A stretch of DNA of 57,282 bases from Candidatus Sulfotelmatobacter sp. (GCA_050011375.1 JBEKJF010000002.1:1-57282); one strand, 5' to 3'; counted from the stretch's first letter, positions 1 through 15,488 are shown. Notes: generated from the sequence alone by a model not told the origin. Numbers and translations are program-made.

Positions 1-3329
<3,329 letters not shown>

Positions 3330-3470
3330 CGTCAAGAAACTCCCAATGTCAGGCGCAGCCGAGCGCTGCGATTACCCGCGGAATGTGGGGCGCACATCGC
3401 GCCGCGCTGCTTAGCTGCTGTTGCGAACCTGTTGAAGCCTAGAAAAGTGATGCGCGGAAAACACGACGAA

Positions 3471-3502
3471 GCGTCTGCGGGGACAGTCGTTCCCGCAGAC
3501 GC
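3471..3502 (-). terminator. Hairpin in the rplL-rpoB spacer, a candidate attenuator or partial terminator
   Basis: Perfect 11-bp stem gcgtctgcggg/cccgcagacgc with a 10-nt loop. On the minus strand it is followed by TTCGTCGTGTTTTCC. An rplL-rpoB attenuator is known in E. coli. Confidence 0.4.
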
Positions 3503-3701
3503 CGTGCAAGGCGTTTCGCCAATCTAAATTTGTTATCTTTCGCGCCAGTTCTCTTCGGCCGTTTCCGTTCCGCCTGCCCACGGAACAGTGCCCAAGCTTC
3601 CCTGCGGGTCTCGCCCGCGATTGAGTGAGGCCAGGGGAAGCGGTGTTAGGTTAGATGCTAACACTACTTCCCACGCTTCACAACCAGAACGTAAATATTT
3701 T

Positions 3702-3746
3702 GTAGCGCCGCCGTCCCGGCGGCTGTCACGGCGGCGTCTCGCCGCC
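3702..3746. repeat. REP-like double-hairpin element (GTAGCGCC-hairpin-CTGTC-hairpin)
   Basis: Reads gtagcgcc then GCCGCCG-tcc-CGGCGGC, ctgtcac, GGCGGCG-tct-CGCCGCC. A near-identical copy lies at 4964-5007 and a half copy at 41705-41726. Confidence 0.8.
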
Positions 3747-3754
3747 ATGAGCGA

Positions 3755-3797
3755 GGGCGGGACGCCCCCGCGACAGCCAGCCAGAGGCTGGCGCTAC
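3755..3797. repeat. Second REP-like element, inverted relative to 3702-3746
   Basis: The reverse complement reads gtagcgcc-AGCC..GGCT-ggctgtc-GCGGG..CCCGC, the same architecture with different stem sequences. The two copies form a larger palindrome. Confidence 0.7.
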
Positions 3798-3804
3798 GAT
3801 AAAG

Positions 3805-4185
3805 CTATTTCACTTCGACGACGGCACCAGCCTCAGTGAACTTCTTCTTGATGGTCTCAGCCTCGTCCTTGGAAACGCCTTCCTTGATGTTCTTGGGCGC
3901 TCCATCGACCAGTTCCTTAGCTTCCTTCAAGCCCAGGCTGGTGACCTCGCGGACGGCCTTGATTACATTGATCTTATTGGCGCCAACTTCCTTGAGGAGC
4001 ACGGTAAATTCCGTCTTCTCCTCTGCCGGAGCCGCTGCCGCCGCAGCGCCGCCGCCCGCCGCCATCACCGGAGCTGCGGCTGCCGCCGAGACGCCCAGGC
4101 GCGCTTCCAGTTTCTTCACCAGTTGCGCCGCATCCAGCAGCGACAACCCTACGATTGAATCCTCTATCTGTTGCAGGTCTGCCAT
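3805..4185 (-). CDS. rplL: 50S ribosomal protein L7/L12
   Basis: 126 aa with an Ala-rich hinge and a C-terminal [45 protein letters not shown]. Confidence 0.97.
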   Translation of the reverse strand: MADLQQIEDSIVGLSLLDAAQLVKKLEARLGVSAAAAAPVMAAGGGAAAAAAPAEEKTEFTVLLKEVGANKINVIKAVREVTSLGLKEAKELVDGAPKNIKEGVSKDEAETIKKKFTEAGAVVEVK

Positions 4186-4355
4186 GTTAGTTTCTCCACT
4201 CTTCGAGTTATGAATTTGCTTGCTTTCGTCATCGTCGGCCGGGTTTCCAGTGCGGCAAGCTCATTTCCAGTCGCCAGACAACGCCTGGAGCAGAACCGCG
4301 CAACCCCTGACCTCGGATGACCAAATCTCTTTAGCACTGCCGACCGCCGAGACTC

Positions 4356-4940
4356 TTAAGCCTGCGCTTCCGCAGGGGCCTCGGTCGCAGGAACTTCGGC
4401 TGCAGGGCCGCCGCCAGCGAACTTGCCCTTCTCTACGCCTTGCCCGATAACCACAGCGATGTCGCGTCCCACGGCGTTCATCACCGTAACCAGTCGTTGC
4501 GCCGGAGAATTGATCAGGAACAGCAGCTTGGCGTAAATCTCTTCCTTCGACGGCATGCTGGCCAGCGCCTCGATCTCTTTGATCGAAATCACCCGGCCTT
4601 CGACCACGCCCACCTTAAAGGTGAACTCGGGCGTGTCTTTGGCGTACTTGGTGAGCGCCTTGGCCATCGCCACGGGGTCACCCGTAGTGTAAGCGATCGA
4701 GGTCACGCCAGTCAGGTTTTTCAACCCTTCCTCGATCTTCGTGCCCTTGCCGGCAAGCTCGGCCAGCGTGTTCTTCACCACTTGATATTTCGCGCCCGCA
4801 CCGCGCAGGGCCTTGCGCAGCTCGTAATCCTGGGCCACGGTCATCTTGCTGTAGGTGGCGACGACAGCATTCGAAACATTCTTCAGTTCCGAGCTCAGCT
4901 TCTCAACCTGCTCTTTTTTTCTAGCTTTAGTAACTGGCAT
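4356..4940 (-). CDS. rplJ: 50S ribosomal protein L10
   Basis: 194 aa with L10-like sequence and position upstream of rplL. It has an Ala/Pro/Glu-rich C-terminal tail. Confidence 0.93.
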   Translation of the reverse strand: MPVTKARKKEQVEKLSSELKNVSNAVVATYSKMTVAQDYELRKALRGAGAKYQVVKNTLAELAGKGTKIEEGLKNLTGVTSIAYTTGDPVAMAKALTKYAKDTPEFTFKVGVVEGRVISIKEIEALASMPSKEEIYAKLLFLINSPAQRLVTVMNAVGRDIAVVIGQGVEKGKFAGGGPAAEVPATEAPAEAQA

Positions 4941-4963
4941 TTCCTTCTTCCTCGATTCACAAG

Positions 4964-5007
4964 GTAGCGCCGCCGTCCCGGCGGCTGTCGTGGCGGCGTC
5001 TCGCCGC
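4964..5007. repeat. REP-like double-hairpin element in the rplA-rplJ spacer
   Basis: gtagcgccgccgtcccggcggctgtcgtggcggcgtctcgccgc, nearly identical to 3702-3746. Confidence 0.8.
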
Positions 5008-5023
5008 TACACGCCGTTGCGAT

Positions 5024-5731
5024 TTACGCTTTAGCCGCAGTCTCAATCGGAGCCGTATCCAGCAAAATCCCCGGCCCCATGGTCGAACTCAACGTGCAGC
5101 CTTTGATGTACTTGCCCTTCGCCACCGACGGCTTGGCCTTGATCACGCTCGTGATTAGCACGGTCGCATTCTCGATGAGCTTGTCAGGCGAGAACGAAAT
5201 CTTGCCCACTGGCACATGCACAAGCGCCGTCTTGTCGGTGCGGAATTCAACCTTGCCCGCTTTTACTTCCTGCACTGCCTTCGCCACATCGACAGTGACA
5301 GTTCCGGTCTTCGGATTCGGCATCAAGCCCTTCGGACCAAGAATCTTGCCCAGCCGGCCAACGGATTTCATCACGTCCGGCGTGGCGATCAAAGCGTCGA
5401 AGTCGGTCCAGTTTTCTTTGGTGATCTTCTCGACCATTTCTTCGCCGCCGAAGTAGTCGGCGCCCGCAGCCTCAGCCTCTTTGATTTTATCGCCCGAAGC
5501 GATGACCAAAACCTTCTTCGACTTGCCTAGACCATGCGGCAGCACGACTGTACCGCGCACCATCTGGTCGGCGTGCTTGGGATCGACCCCCAACCGCAAG
5601 GTGATCTCGACCGTCTCGTCAAACTTCGCAAACTTGACCTTCTGCAGCAACGGAACCGCATCCTGCAATGTGTAAGGCCGCTGCTCGACTGCAGCGTGCG
5701 CCTTCGCGATATTCTTTCCTTCTTTTTTCAT
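5024..5731 (-). CDS. rplA: 50S ribosomal protein L1
   Basis: L1-like sequence. The ORF track starts at GTG 5752, but ATG 5731 ([10 protein letters not shown]) has a GAGGAA SD ~8 nt upstream and fits typical L1 N-termini. Confidence 0.94.
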   Translation of the reverse strand: MKKEGKNIAKAHAAVEQRPYTLQDAVPLLQKVKFAKFDETVEITLRLGVDPKHADQMVRGTVVLPHGLGKSKKVLVIASGDKIKEAEAAGADYFGGEEMVEKITKENWTDFDALIATPDVMKSVGRLGKILGPKGLMPNPKTGTVTVDVAKAVQEVKAGKVEFRTDKTALVHVPVGKISFSPDKLIENATVLITSVIKAKPSVAKGKYIKGCTLSSTMGPGILLDTAPIETAAKA

Positions 5732-5856
5732 TCCATTTTCCTCGTCTCCCACCGCTGGTCATTGCTTCGATCAGCCGTGGTGCATTTGACTATTAGCTCA
5801 TCGGGCGATTAAGCGATCGGGCGATTTTTCAATCACGCAATCACTCCATCCCCCGA

Positions 5857-6288
5857 TCACCCAATGACTTCAATCCCCATCGACCGCGCCGTCCCGCGAA
5901 TGCTCTTAATCGCGGTCTCGACCGAAGCGGCGTTCAAATCAGGCATCTTCTGCTTGGCAATATCCTCAACCTGCTTCAACGTCACCTTGCCCACCTTATC
6001 TTTATTAGGAGTGCCCGACCCCTTGGCGATGCCAGCGGCACGTTTGAGCAGAATCGAAGCCGGAGGCGTCTTGGTGATGAAGGTGAACGAGCGGTCGCTA
6101 TAGACCGAGACCACGACCGGGATGATCAATCCCTCCATCTCTTTTTGGTTCGTGCGCGCGTTGAACTGCTTGCAGAACTCCATGATGTTGATCTGCGCCT
6201 GCCCAAGCGCCGGACCCACCGGAGGCGCCGGAGTCGCCTTACCCGCCGCAATCTGCAACTTTACGAAACCTGTAACTTTCTTTGCCAC
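5857..6288 (-). CDS. rplK: 50S ribosomal protein L11
   Basis: 143 aa, [33 protein letters not shown] start with AGGAG 7 nt upstream. Confidence 0.97.
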   Translation of the reverse strand: MAKKVTGFVKLQIAAGKATPAPPVGPALGQAQINIMEFCKQFNARTNQKEMEGLIIPVVVSVYSDRSFTFITKTPPASILLKRAAGIAKGSGTPNKDKVGKVTLKQVEDIAKQKMPDLNAASVETAIKSIRGTARSMGIEVIG

Positions 6289-6290
6289 GT

Positions 6291-6325
6291 CTTAGCTCCT
6301 AGCTTCTAGCTCTTAGCTTCTAGCC
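6291..6325. repeat. Five phased heptamers YYTAGCT (mRNA sense AGCUARR) immediately upstream of rplK
   Basis: cttagct cctagct tctagct cttagct tctagcc with an exact 7-nt period. Confidence 0.9.
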
Positions 6326-6332
6326 AAGGCTC

Positions 6333-6725
6333 TCAATGGATCCTCTTAGCAACACGTCGGCTGGCCGCTAAAGCCGGCATCACCGAAGGAATCAATTTTT
6401 TCTGGACCGGATCGGCCGCCATTCCCAACCCCTCAATCGTATGCACGCCAATCACTTCCATATCGGTGGGTTCGGCCACGACAACAATGTCAGGAGCCCT
6501 AAACCCATCGCTTCCTACCCACACCGCTACCGTGTCCCGTTCGATGATGGAACCATCGATGGCGCGGAATCCGATCCGCCGCAAAAACTCCGGTCCCAAC
6601 CGCTCCAGCCGCTCGCGATGAATCCACGAAAACGCAGCGCCTGTATCCACCATCGCGACAAATTCTTCCACAGTCTCAGGAGCGCCGGGATTCCATACCC
6701 GCAACTTGGCTTTGAAACTGCCCAT
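6333..6725 (-). CDS. Small retropepsin-like (clan AA) aspartic protease
   Basis: 130 aa with an AMVDTGAAFSW active-site-like DTGA motif and the size and layout of single-domain bacterial/archaeal retropepsin homologues. The ATG lies 3 nt after the nusG TAG. Confidence 0.7.
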   Translation of the reverse strand: MGSFKAKLRVWNPGAPETVEEFVAMVDTGAAFSWIHRERLERLGPEFLRRIGFRAIDGSIIERDTVAVWVGSDGFRAPDIVVVAEPTDMEVIGVHTIEGLGMAADPVQKKLIPSVMPALAASRRVAKRIH

Positions 6726-6728
6726 AAA

Positions 6729-7355
6729 CTACGCCACCTTCTCCACCTGGTTGAATTCCAACTCCACCGGGGTCGAGCGGCCGAAAATCGTAACCATGAC
6801 TTTCAAAGTCTCGCGATCTTCATTCACTTCGTCCACAATGCCCTGGAAGGTCGCGAATGGCCCTTCCGAAATGCGCACGGTTTCGTTCTTCTCGAACTTG
6901 ACCTTGAGCTTGGGCTTCTCGCGGCTGTCGGCAACCTTGTAGACGATGTGCTGCACTTCTTCGTCGGAAAGCGGCGTGGGCTGCTGCCCGGTGCCCACAA
7001 ACCCAGTCACGCGCGGCGTGGATTTCACTACGTGCCAAACGTGATCGTCCATGTCCATTTCTACCAGCACGTAGCCGGGATAGAACATGCGCTCGGACGT
7101 ATACTTTTTGCCGCCGCGCACCTCAGTGACCGACTCGGTCGGGATCAGCACCTTGCCGATCTTTTCCTGAAGGCCAAACGCCATTACGCGCGATTCCAGC
7201 GACTCTTTCACCTTGCGCTCGAACCCGGAATAGGAGTGGATGATGTACCACTTCATGTTGGGGTTGCGAGGCGGTTCGCTGGTGGCGGCAACGCCCTCCG
7301 CGCCGGACAGCTGTTCTCCGCCCGCGCCAGCTTCGTTCTTTTCTTCGTCCTGCAT
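6729..7355 (-). CDS. nusG: Transcription termination/antitermination factor NusG
   Basis: Contains [19 protein letters not shown] and a C-terminal KOW region. The ORF track uses TTG 7361; ATG 7355 is more likely. The acidic N-terminal extension is ~35 aa. Confidence 0.94.
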   Translation of the reverse strand: MQDEEKNEAGAGGEQLSGAEGVAATSEPPRNPNMKWYIIHSYSGFERKVKESLESRVMAFGLQEKIGKVLIPTESVTEVRGGKKYTSERMFYPGYVLVEMDMDDHVWHVVKSTPRVTGFVGTGQQPTPLSDEEVQHIVYKVADSREKPKLKVKFEKNETVRISEGPFATFQGIVDEVNEDRETLKVMVTIFGRSTPVELEFNQVEKVA

Positions 7356-7393
7356 GATCAAGTTAAACTCCAGCCTGCTCTTTCTCTCTAAGC

Positions 7394-7669
7394 TCAGTGG
7401 CTCCCGAAATAGCTGTACAAAAACGTGACGCCCCTCTGGATCACATTATCGATGATGAAAAAATAAACGCCGAAAATGAACACCGTGACCACCACCACCG
7501 CGGTGGTGCCGCGCACTTCCTTCCACGACGGCGCAGTGACCTTGCGCATCTCGGAACGCACGTCGTTGTAAAACGACTTGGTCCGCTCCGGCCAGACCTT
7601 GATCCGGTCGAGAAAACTCTCACCGGCGGTTGCGATCGACGTTGTCATCTTCTTTGTCTCCACTGCCAT
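7394..7669 (-). CDS. secE: Preprotein translocase subunit SecE
   Basis: 91 aa from ATG 7669 (MAVETKK...) with a single C-terminal TM ([21 protein letters not shown]), positioned before nusG. The longer track ORF would overlap the tRNA. Confidence 0.85.
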   Translation of the reverse strand: MAVETKKMTTSIATAGESFLDRIKVWPERTKSFYNDVRSEMRKVTAPSWKEVRGTTAVVVVTVFIFGVYFFIIDNVIQRGVTFLYSYFGSH

Positions 7670-7711
7670 ACTGCTCCTGTCCTGACCGTTTCCCAGCATC
7701 CTTCCAAAATC

Positions 7712-7787
7712 TGGCAGGGGCGGAGGGATTCGAACCCCCAAGTTCGGTTTTGGAGACCGACAGTTTAACCGTTGAGCTTACGCCCCT
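7712..7787 (-). tRNA. tRNA-Trp (anticodon CCA), 76 nt with encoded 3' CCA
   Basis: Minus-strand sequence is AGGGGCGTAAGCTCAACGGTTAAACTGTCGGTCTCCAAAACCGAACTTGGGGGTTCGAATCCCTCCGCCCCTGCCA. The acceptor stem AGGGGCG/CGCCCCT, anticodon stem GTCGG/CCGAC with loop CTCCAAA, and T-arm GGGGG-TTCGAAT-CCCTC are all present. Confidence 0.95.
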
Positions 7788-7795
7788 GTAAGCAT

Positions 7796-7896
7796 TTGGT
7801 AATTTTGCAATTGAGTAATTTGGTAGTTTGAGAACCTTCTTCCCAGTACCGCGCGGTTTTCAATTACCAAATTACAAAATTACCCAATTACTAAAT
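7796..7896. repeat. AT-rich 7-8-nt word array (GGTAATT family), direct then inverted, forming a long imperfect palindrome between rpmG and tRNA-Trp
   Basis: The left arm is ggtaattttgcaattgagtaatttggtag. The right arm is caattaccaaattacaaaattacccaattactaaatc. Confidence 0.8.
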
Positions 7897-8049
7897 CTAT
7901 TTCACTTCTTTGTGCGGCGTGTGCTTGCGGCAACGGTTGCAGAACTTCTTAAATTCCAGCCGTTCCGTCGTCGTCTTCCGGTTCTTGGTGGTCGAATAAT
8001 TCCGCTCTTTGCAATCACCGCACTGTAACGTAACAATTTCTCGGGGCAT
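7897..8049 (-). CDS. rpmG: 50S ribosomal protein L33
   Basis: Not in the ORF track (50 aa). Translation is [50 protein letters not shown], with CxxC...CxxC, and ends at a TAG stop. Confidence 0.93.
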   Translation of the reverse strand: MPREIVTLQCGDCKERNYSTTKNRKTTTERLEFKKFCNRCRKHTPHKEVK

Positions 8050-8061
8050 CGCTCACTCCAA

Positions 8062-8096
8062 AACAGCTTCTAGCTGTTAGCTCCTAGCCTTTAGCT
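8062..8096. repeat. Five phased heptamers NNTAGCT (mRNA sense AGCUARR-like) upstream of rpmG
   Basis: aacagct tctagct gttagct cctagcc tttagct. Confidence 0.85.
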
Positions 8097-8098
8097 TT

Positions 8099-8136
8099 GT
8101 CATCCTAAGGCGACCGGTTCTCATCGCCCAAGGATC
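8099..8136. repeat. GTCATCC...GGATC family short palindromic repeat
   Basis: gtcatcctaaggcgaccggttctcatcgcccaaggatc. The same termini occur at 24527-24571, 24597-24639 (inverted) and 51338-51397. Confidence 0.7.
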
Positions 8137-8168
8137 TATCCGGTTTTACTGACGGCTGACAGCTGCCT

Positions 8169-9365
<1,197 letters not shown>

Positions 9366-9388
9366 TTCCTAGCTCCAGTAAAACAGTC

Positions 9389-9925
9389 CTATTGCTTCGC
9401 TGATCTCCTACTCGCGATGTACTCGGCCATATCGCCGTTAATCTCAAGCCGCGGGAAGCGCTCTGGATCCCAATAGCTTGCCCCACCCTTAGAAAGTTGC
9501 TCAGCAACAAACTCTCTAACGATGCTCTTCTCGTTGAGCTTGTGATAGTCGAAAGCCATGCTCGCCAGCGTAGTGACTTCTACCCAAACCCGCTTCGCAC
9601 CTTGTCCCGATTTAAGGTCGACCGGGTACAGTACCGCCATTCGCGGAGCGCCCGTCCCTGGGATGTCATAAGCCTGCGCTGGCTGGCCCACATTCTCAAT
9701 TTCCCAATGCGCCCGGACTAAAGTCTTGACTTTTGGATTTTCGGACTTCACCGCTTCAGCGATGCGACCAAACTCCGGCAGCTTTGTGCTATCGCGGGCT
9801 ACGAGCTCGACAAAAAAATCATCCTCAAGATCGAGGAACCGGGATTCGCCCTTGTCGAGATAAGGGAGCAGCCCAGCCTGATTCAGCCGCCCCTCCATCT
9901 GCGCTTGTAAATCGATTGCTGCCAT
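9389..9925 (-). CDS. Hypothetical protein, 178 aa, with no motif I can recognise
   Basis: ORF co-directional inside the fusA-tuf spacer, 11 nt after the HEPN-like gene and 23 nt before tuf. Its composition is protein-like. Confidence 0.65.
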   Translation of the reverse strand: MAAIDLQAQMEGRLNQAGLLPYLDKGESRFLDLEDDFFVELVARDSTKLPEFGRIAEAVKSENPKVKTLVRAHWEIENVGQPAQAYDIPGTGAPRMAVLYPVDLKSGQGAKRVWVEVTTLASMAFDYHKLNEKSIVREFVAEQLSKGGASYWDPERFPRLEINGDMAEYIASRRSAKQ

Positions 9926-9936
9926 AACTAGAACCC

Positions 9937-10314
9937 TTAACCCCTCGCGTTCCGCTCAATCTCACGAAGAATGCGATTAAACACCGAAAGCCCCTCGTCA
10001 ACCTGCCGCCTAACGTCTAGCCTGAACTGTTCCAAATTTCCCTTGAACTCCCTCTCCACAAAGTTCGGATCGTAGTCCGCTTGCGACCGCAGTTGCTGTA
10101 ACTTCTCCACTTGCGCTTCTAGTTCCAAATCAACGCTTCCGAGCCTCTTCGCAATATCGCTGTGGCTAACCTTTCCAAAGAGCACATTCGCAGCGTGAAA
10201 GATCGAGTAGTACGATCTCGACAAAGCATTCCTCAGCGCCGCTTCGCTCGATCCGTCCGCCAATTCCCGCAACGCCTTTGCCAGTTCAAGCCGTGAATCA
10301 ACCACATCTCTCAT
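9937..10314 (-). CDS. HEPN-domain-like protein, 125 aa
   Basis: The helical pattern RSYYSIFHAANVL...SHSDIAKRL...LQQLRSQADYDP matches the classical HEPN (kanamycin-NT C-terminal type) layout. The start lies 8 nt after the fusA stop. Confidence 0.65.
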   Translation of the reverse strand: MRDVVDSRLELAKALRELADGSSEAALRNALSRSYYSIFHAANVLFGKVSHSDIAKRLGSVDLELEAQVEKLQQLRSQADYDPNFVEREFKGNLEQFRLDVRRQVDEGLSVFNRILREIERNARG

Positions 10315-10322
10315 CTTACGAA

Positions 10323-12410
<2,088 letters not shown>

Positions 12411-12440
12411 GGCTCTCTAACTCTTTCTGGGCTCCAAGAA

Positions 12441-12489
12441 TTCAGCTTCTAGCTTCTGGCTCCTAGCTAGTCGCTAGAAGCTAGAAGCC
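12441..12489. repeat. Heptamer array plus an inverted copy (potential hairpin) in the rpsG-fusA spacer
   Basis: ttcagct tctagct tctggct cctagct - agtc - gctagaa gctagaa gcc. Confidence 0.85.
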
Positions 12490-12495
12490 GCGTCT

Positions 12496-13000
<505 letters not shown>

Positions 13001-13018
13001 AGAACTTCTGACTTCCGG

Positions 13019-13408
13019 CTACTTCTTATCTCCGCCCTTTTTCGCGCGCTTGGCGCCGTACTTCGATCTTCCCTGCTGGCGTCCGGCCACGCCGACTGCA
13101 TCGAGCGTGCCGCGAATCACGTGATAGCGCACGCCGGGCAGATCCTTCACGCGGCCTCCACGGATCAGGACGATCGAGTGCTCCTGCAGATTGTGGCCTA
13201 CGCCGGGGATGTAGGTTGTAACCTCAATCCCATTGGTCAAGCGCACGCGCGCCACTTTTCGCAGCGCCGAGTTCGGCTTCTTCGGAGTCTGCGTGTACAC
13301 GCGGGTGCAAACTCCGCGCTTCTGCGGACAGCCCTGCAGCGCCGGACTCGCCGTCTTATAACGCGGGCGCTTCCGGCCTTTCGCCACCAATTGATTAAAA
13401 GTAGGCAC
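13019..13408 (-). CDS. rpsL: 30S ribosomal protein S12
   Basis: 129 aa, [13 protein letters not shown]...[22 protein letters not shown] start. Confidence 0.97.
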   Translation of the reverse strand: MPTFNQLVAKGRKRPRYKTASPALQGCPQKRGVCTRVYTQTPKKPNSALRKVARVRLTNGIEVTTYIPGVGHNLQEHSIVLIRGGRVKDLPGVRYHVIRGTLDAVGVAGRQQGRSKYGAKRAKKGGDKK

Positions 13409-14032
13409 GCTTTGCCGCTCCTTAAATCGCTAAATCGTTCGTTTAAAAACTGCTCACCCAAGCCGCGCGCCGCATTGTGCTCAACCCGACAAACAAGCGG
13501 GCAGAGCGCAGCGCTAGCAGCTTTCCCGGAGTTCACTTCATACTCCGGGCTGGCAGGCCAAATTCGGCCAGCCATGCTTCTCACCGCACACGAATCACGG
13601 AGAGAGATTCTTGGGTACCAACTCTAGATTTATGCTGCCGACGGTGGCGCCCGGCAAAACTCGGGGGCGCTCCGTATCGCCAGCTCTGTCCTGCATATCC
13701 TTTCGCAGACCACTGTCGCGTCTTAACTTCAGGCGCTCGAGCAGCCCTCGTGATAGGGCGAAAGGCAGCGCAGGAACGTTTCAGCGAGGAAAGTTTCCGG
13801 AACTCGAATGCTTGTTACTTCTCCGAAAACGTATTTCTCAAAAGCTCTACCAGAAGTTCCCGCACAACTTTGCGGGACTCACGGCACACACCAAGCCTGG
13901 ATTGACTCGCGGAACCTTACAAATATAGCAAGTGAGTGGAAACATCGTCAACCCTATCTTTTTATATAGGAGTGTCGCAGTTTGAAATCCACAGGGCTTG
14001 AGTCTGCTTCGAGCCCGTGGGAAACCGTGGGC

Positions 14033-14242
14033 ATGGCCAAGGACGACAAATACATCCCCAAAATCAATGATCCTGTTTTCGTGAAAGGGAAGGGTCTTAT
14101 CAGATACGTTGTGGCCGTTGTTGATACCAAAAGGAAAACCGTCGATGTCAGGACGGTTTCAGGTGTCATCGTTCTTACCCGAGGCGTGCCGTGGTCAGAG
14201 CTTCCTATCTGGACGAAAGCCAGAACGCCGTACGGGTCGTGA
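14033..14242 (+). CDS. Hypothetical small protein, 69 aa
   Basis: ATG 14033 (MAKDDKYIPKINDPVF...). Third-position GC looks coding-like by eye. It converges on the Fic stop with a 6-nt gap, and no motif was recognised. Confidence 0.4.
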   Translation: MAKDDKYIPKINDPVFVKGKGLIRYVVAVVDTKRKTVDVRTVSGVIVLTRGVPWSELPIWTKARTPYGS

Positions 14243-14248
14243 GAGAGG

Positions 14249-15412
14249 CTACGGAGGACTGATGGGAAACGATAGTTGAGCTGTGCTCGGCACGAAAGGA
14301 TCAGGCACCGATTTAATATGTTCAAGCCTCAATTTGTCTACTAGGGCCTTCGTTTCGAACGATCCAACATAGACTCTTCCCCTCCGCTCCCCATCCGGTA
14401 TTAGTAATCCAGCATCTACAGCAGCTTTCAAATCGCGACTCGCCGTTACATCGTTCAATTCAGCTAAGTTGCGATAGCTAGAATTACGAACGCGGTATCC
14501 GATTGCGCCATCCGCGATTGCAAAGATCAACCGTTCAGGAAGACCACGACGGGAGATGATCCCTTCGAGTTCCTGCCAAAGCAGGTCGATGACTCTTGTC
14601 CTCATCAGCAAAGTCGTTGCCTGTCGAAAATGAGCGGTCAAATTGAACTGAATCCATGCGCGCGTGCTATTCCTCGGATTCCATGACCCTTCACCAGTCT
14701 GAGCTAGAACGTTGTAGTAGTCCTGAGTGTTTCGTCCGAGATATTCCTCGATTGAGGAAAATTCGGATTCAAGAATCCCCTCTCTCCCGAGAACAAGTGT
14801 TTGTAGACACCGTGCCATTCTCCCGTTTCCATCGGAAAACGGATGAATCATGACCAAATTTAGATGGGCCATCGCTCCCTTAACGAGGGCGTGCGGACAA
14901 TCCTCATCATCATTAAGGTATTCTATCAACTCCTCAATTAAGCCCGGTACCATCTCAACATCAGGGCCTTCGTAAACTACGTCGCCCCTCGCATCATCGC
15001 GAACGTAAACGGTCCCCGGTCTCCAATTTCCCGGATTCTTCTCAAGATCATGCTGGACCATCATAAAATGCAAACCGCGAATAAACCCTTCGCTATAGGC
15101 AAAATTTGGGTCTTTGGTCAGTTGAAGGACGAACGTCATGGCGTAGCGATACCCAGTCACAGCCAGCCAGGATTCGCGGTCTGCCGTCCGTGGTTCTTCG
15201 CCCTCGACCGCCGCGATCGCATCTTCAGCCGTGACGTTATATCCCTCAATACTATTTGAGCCCCGAACGGCGCGAGCTAACGTGTTGCGACGAAGCAGCC
15301 CTTTCCATCGTCGCGGCGTAGCCAAGTTGTATCTCAGCGCCTTTCTCGTTTCCTCAATCCTGGCGATAACGTCCGTTTCAGATTGTGTGAGTTTTTCCGC
15401 TTTGAAGAGCAC
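14249..15412 (-). CDS. Fic family protein (class II, auto-inhibited), probable AMP-transferase with a C-terminal winged-helix region
   Basis: The Fic motif HPFSDGNGRMAR is present. The N-terminal inhibitory-helix motif SNSIEG fits (S/T)xxxE(G/N). 387 aa with a GTG start. Confidence 0.9.
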   Translation of the reverse strand: MLFKAEKLTQSETDVIARIEETRKALRYNLATPRRWKGLLRRNTLARAVRGSNSIEGYNVTAEDAIAAVEGEEPRTADRESWLAVTGYRYAMTFVLQLTKDPNFAYSEGFIRGLHFMMVQHDLEKNPGNWRPGTVYVRDDARGDVVYEGPDVEMVPGLIEELIEYLNDDEDCPHALVKGAMAHLNLVMIHPFSDGNGRMARCLQTLVLGREGILESEFSSIEEYLGRNTQDYYNVLAQTGEGSWNPRNSTRAWIQFNLTAHFRQATTLLMRTRVIDLLWQELEGIISRRGLPERLIFAIADGAIGYRVRNSSYRNLAELNDVTASRDLKAAVDAGLLIPDGERRGRVYVGSFETKALVDKLRLEHIKSVPDPFVPSTAQLSFPISPP

Positions 15413-15415
15413 GAA

Positions 15416-15488
15416 AAAGATAGTATGATAATTTAATATTTATGTCAAATAATATTTGCCATTACGCAGTTAATATCATACTATCTTT
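15416..15488. promoter_or_regulatory. Perfect 15-nt inverted repeat flanking an AT-rich core directly upstream of the Fic gene; candidate operator/promoter
   Basis: aaagatagtatgata (15416-15430) and tatcatactatcttt (15474-15488), separated by a 43-nt spacer that contains aatatt palindromes. Confidence 0.4.

Noticed and set aside
9389-9925. The 178-aa ORF as the minimal nucleotidyltransferase (MNT) partner of the HEPN-like protein.
   Set aside because: No G(S/G)-x9-13-D-x-D/E nucleotidyltransferase signature is present. GESRFLDLEDD has the wrong spacing and context. The ORF is left as unknown.
13786-13800. GAGGAAAGTTTCCGG resembling the RNase P RNA P4 motif GAGGAAAGUCCGG.
   Set aside because: It has two extra U residues. 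None of the other universally conserved RNase P segments is nearby, and the non-coding region is too short and lacks the matching 3' P4 strand.
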